Below are positions 61,040 to 64,000 of a stretch of DNA of 64,000 bases, piece by piece (position 1 is the stretch's first letter; each line of letters opens with the position of its first letter). This DNA is from Takakia lepidozioides (lineage: Eukaryota; Plantae; Bryophyta), in assembly GCA_030704615.1 (NCBI GenBank), contig CM060733.1, positions 75,888,001 to 75,952,000 of the forward strand. The letters run 5' to 3'. The position numbers and the translations under genes are program-made. Below the pieces are notes generated by a model that did not search any database, was not told where the DNA came from, and was given only the letters and a program-made list of their open reading frames with translations.

Positions 61040-61330
61040 CTAGGGGATGATGTATGTATTGACTCTCGGGTCCAACGCAAGTTCAAAGGCAGCCTCCTGA
61101 TGCCTAACATTGGTTATGGGTCAGTCAAGAAGACAAGGCACCTAGGGGATGATTTGTGGACTCTCGGGTTCAACGCAAGTTCAAGGGCAGCATCCTGATG
61201 CCTAACATTGGTTATGGTTCAAACAAGAAGACAGTGCACCTAGTGGATGATGTATGGACTCTCGGTTTCAGCGCAAGTTCAAGGGCAGCATCCTCATGTG
61301 GTTGTGGGTCAAACAAGAAGACAATGCAGG
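61040..61330. repeat. ~100-bp tandem repeat x3
   Basis: ctag(g/t)ggatgat...gactctcggg...caacgcaagttcaa(a/g)ggcagc...aagaagaca near 61040, 61142, 61240. Confidence 0.88.
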
Positions 61331-62219
61331 CGTTTCATCAATTTCTGTTACACAATGTTGAAAGACCCGGAATTCCTCCTCATGCACAAATGAGAGCCAA
61401 ATTGATTTTGTATGTTGTTGTGTAATGGTCCTGATGAAAAACCATGAAAGTTGTAGTGCTCTCGTAAGACACATGAGCACATTTCAACCTCACTGGCAGG
61501 GGCAGCAAGACGCATTGGAGTCCAAACCATGTTTAGCATGGTCAGGTGGTGCGTTGCAGGAAGTATAGTGCTGAAATGGCTCACAATGTGTCGACACTGA
61601 AGAGGACAGCTAAAGAGGATCGTGCTGCACACCAGAATGATGCAGTAAGCACTCGGACAAAGTCGCGGAATGAAAGATCACTCTCACATCTGTTGTGTTG
61701 TCTTTTTCTACGTTGCTGTCATCTGTCTACCTTTCCCCAAATGCCATACATTCATTAAATCTTATCATGTGCTTCATGAGGGATTTTAGGCACAATTTCT
61801 AATGTTTGTGCGAACGACATTGATCGTTGTGCTTGGTTTTCATAAATGTTAGAATGACATCCTCGCTCAACATTCATCCACTCTATCATCCATTCACAAT
61901 ATTTCATCCATATTTGTCCACAACTATTCATCCCCATTCATCCATACTCGCAGTGTCCCATCTACATTGGCTCTGCTTCATCCTCATTAATTCATCCACA
62001 ACCATTCTAGACTGATGACAACAATGTAAAATACCACATTAGCATGACATTAAATCATCTGATGACCATTGTAGACTGATGACCTGGACATTAATACATC
62101 CACAACCATTTCAGTCTCTACAAACACTATCATTCAGCAACATTCAGCAACATTCAGCAACATTCAACTCTATTCTGCACCATCGCCCACACATGGTTCC
62201 CTGTCTGCCGAATGCGCAT

Positions 62220-62434
62220 TCCGCGGCTATAGGCCCCCATTTGCCTGTTCGGACCGTGGTTATAGGGCCATGCCTATGAAAATGATGTGGCATGATGTGA
62301 CGTGGCGTCGGGCATGCTGGCGAGGTCGGCTGACGTGGCGTTAGACCCGTCAGCCAACGTGGCAAGAACTGCTGACGTGGAGCCCGCATATGCTCACGCG
62401 CTCTCACGCTCACGCTCACGCGGAAGCATCCCCC
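62220..62434 (-). mobile_element. Terminal sequence of the same MULE-like family as the 24691 end; truncates the PPR gene
   Basis: Its reverse complement aligns with 24691-24870 (GGGATGC.TCCGCGTGAGCG...GCCACGTCACgTCATGCCAC.TCATTT.CATAGGCA.GG.CCTATAACC). Confidence 0.75.
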
Positions 62435-63960
62435 CGACACCACATCACGTTCAGCCATATAGTCGAACACTCCCTTCATACATGTCCACAAGGGTATTGT
62501 TCAGAATGACATTTGGTAGAATTGCAGCTCTGACAATGTCACCATGGACCTCTTTGCCCTTTTCCAGAGCTGCCTTGCACACGCATTGCAAATGCACACA
62601 AATGTGATGTGGTTGGGCTTCACCCCTTCCCCCATCATTTTGATCATATAGGTCTCCAAAGCCTCATTCGCATCCTTAATGCACCCACATTTGGCATACA
62701 TGTCCACCAGGGCAGTGTTCAGAATGACATCTGGTACAATTCCAGCTTTGACGATGTCACCATGGACCTCTTCCCCCTTTTCCAGAGCTCCCAGGCTTGC
62801 ACATGCATTGCATACACAAACAAATGTGATGTGGTTGGGCTTCACCCCTTCGCGCAACATTTGCTCATAGGTCTCCAAAGCATTCCTACCAACATTATAT
62901 TCCACGTGATCAGCGATTGTTGAGGTATTCTGTTGAACACTTGGTGAGCATCCATGATGCTCCCACGCTTAACATACATGTTGACAAGGGTGTTGAGTAG
63001 AAAAACATTTGGCGTGAATCCACTTTGGATAATGTGAGTGTGCACCTGCTTTCCGCTTCCAGACCTTCCATCTTGATGCACTTAAGCAAGACACAGACAT
63101 ACACATCTGAATCTGTTGAAATGCCTCCTTGGTTTAAAGTCTGTAGAGCCTCTGTCAGTCAGTCTGCCGCACAAAGCATCTTCACATGCCCAGAAGTGCC
63201 AGAAGAGGCATTGTGGACTCCCTATTGTGATCTTCTTTCGGAAGCTGTGGTCATGATTGAGGTGCCTGATTTTATCAATTGTGCCACTGCAGCTGTTGCC
63301 TTTAGTTGACCATCTACTCATGCAGGTTTCTTGGAGCTATTGATCCATAGGGAATTATAGGTAATCTGGAGCTTGAAATCCGGCCCTCTTGGATGAATCT
63401 AGACCTATATCCATGGTCCTTCAGCTATCCCTGCCTGTGGACAAATCATGAATACATCCTCAGCCTTGCCGCTAGCAGCTGACACCGACGACAACGTGAA
63501 GTTCTTCCAGCAAACACCCCAACCCTACTAATTACAGTAGTTCCAATTCTGAATTGCATCTCCTTCTCTCTGTAGTCCAAAAGGCATTCACCTTTTTGTC
63601 TCCAATGTCCCACCATTGACTGGGGTCAGAAAGTGTTCATTCCAAAGCTTCTCCTCATCTCTGTTATCTGTTTTTGGATACGTTCCTGCTGCCACATCGG
63701 CAGTAACTTGTCAAAGTCACTCCAAACCACAACAGATCCACCCAAAAAGCTAACTCACAGAATTCAATATGCATCTCAGGGCCGAGTCTGATGAGAGGAC
63801 AAAACAGGCTGAAATAGGTCGAAGAAGGAGGTGCCCTCACCACATTGTCCTTGACCTTGTGTCATGACCCATGGAGAATTTGACCGACCATCAACCCAAA
63901 AGGACCTCTTGAATGTGATGCTTGTGTCGATAGTCAGGTAATGTCGGATTGGTCTGTGAG
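62435..63960 (-). pseudogene. OSB-type PDF-motif / PLS-PPR fusion pseudogene
   Basis: NPTLPDYRHK.../WVDGRSNSPWV, then EEKLWNEHF/SDPSQWWDIGDKK, intron 63591-63399, then IHPRGPDFKLQITYNSLWINSSKKPA*V. This continues in frame into GHVKMLC...LTEAL...GISTDSDVYVCVLLKC and PPR motifs (TFVCVCNACASLGALEKG, TALVDMYAKCG). Confidence 0.75.
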
Positions 63961-64000
63961 AACCACCACGGTGTAGCTGAGCAGGCAGAGATTGAAACAC

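Noticed and set aside
24691-62434. A single 37.7-kb macro-transposon bounded by the inverted homologous ends at 24691 and 62434
   Set aside because: The flanks do not match (GAGACGCAAA vs CGACACCACA), and the 24691 end already has its own TSD partner at 26421-26430.

Overview
Eukaryotic, intron-containing land-plant DNA. A non-seed plant, probably a moss, is inferred from the TE families and the PPR-DYW content. There are two apparently intact host genes: the 5' part of DCAF1 (minus strand, 1-2415) and a 3-exon Yip1/YIPF5-type gene (38875-40704). Three PLS-class PPR pseudogenes lie in a dense nest of transposons. The main discovery is a 17.6-kb hAT-type DNA transposon (4693-22319, 8-bp TSD GTTTAGGG, imperfect 10-bp TIRs). 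Besides its BED/DUF659/hAT-dimerisation transposase it carries two intronless cargo ORFs: a ~500-aa protein-kinase-like ORF and an 855-codon NLS/coiled-coil/RING-H2 ORF. Each of its three genes has an array of ~52-bp-spaced TGCGACCACC-N-GGTGGTCGCA palindromes directly upstream of a TATAAGG box, and a 120-bp satellite lies between the two cargo genes. Other notable items are a TTAA-flanked piggyBac-like MITE, two PPR pseudogenes fused in frame to OSB-type PDF motifs, a spliced ParB/Srx-domain pseudogene, a Ty3/gypsy element with a large extra ORF, a solo LTR split by an inversion, and four different palindrome arrays in four TE-associated regions. All family assignments come from motif recognition by eye; no searches were run.
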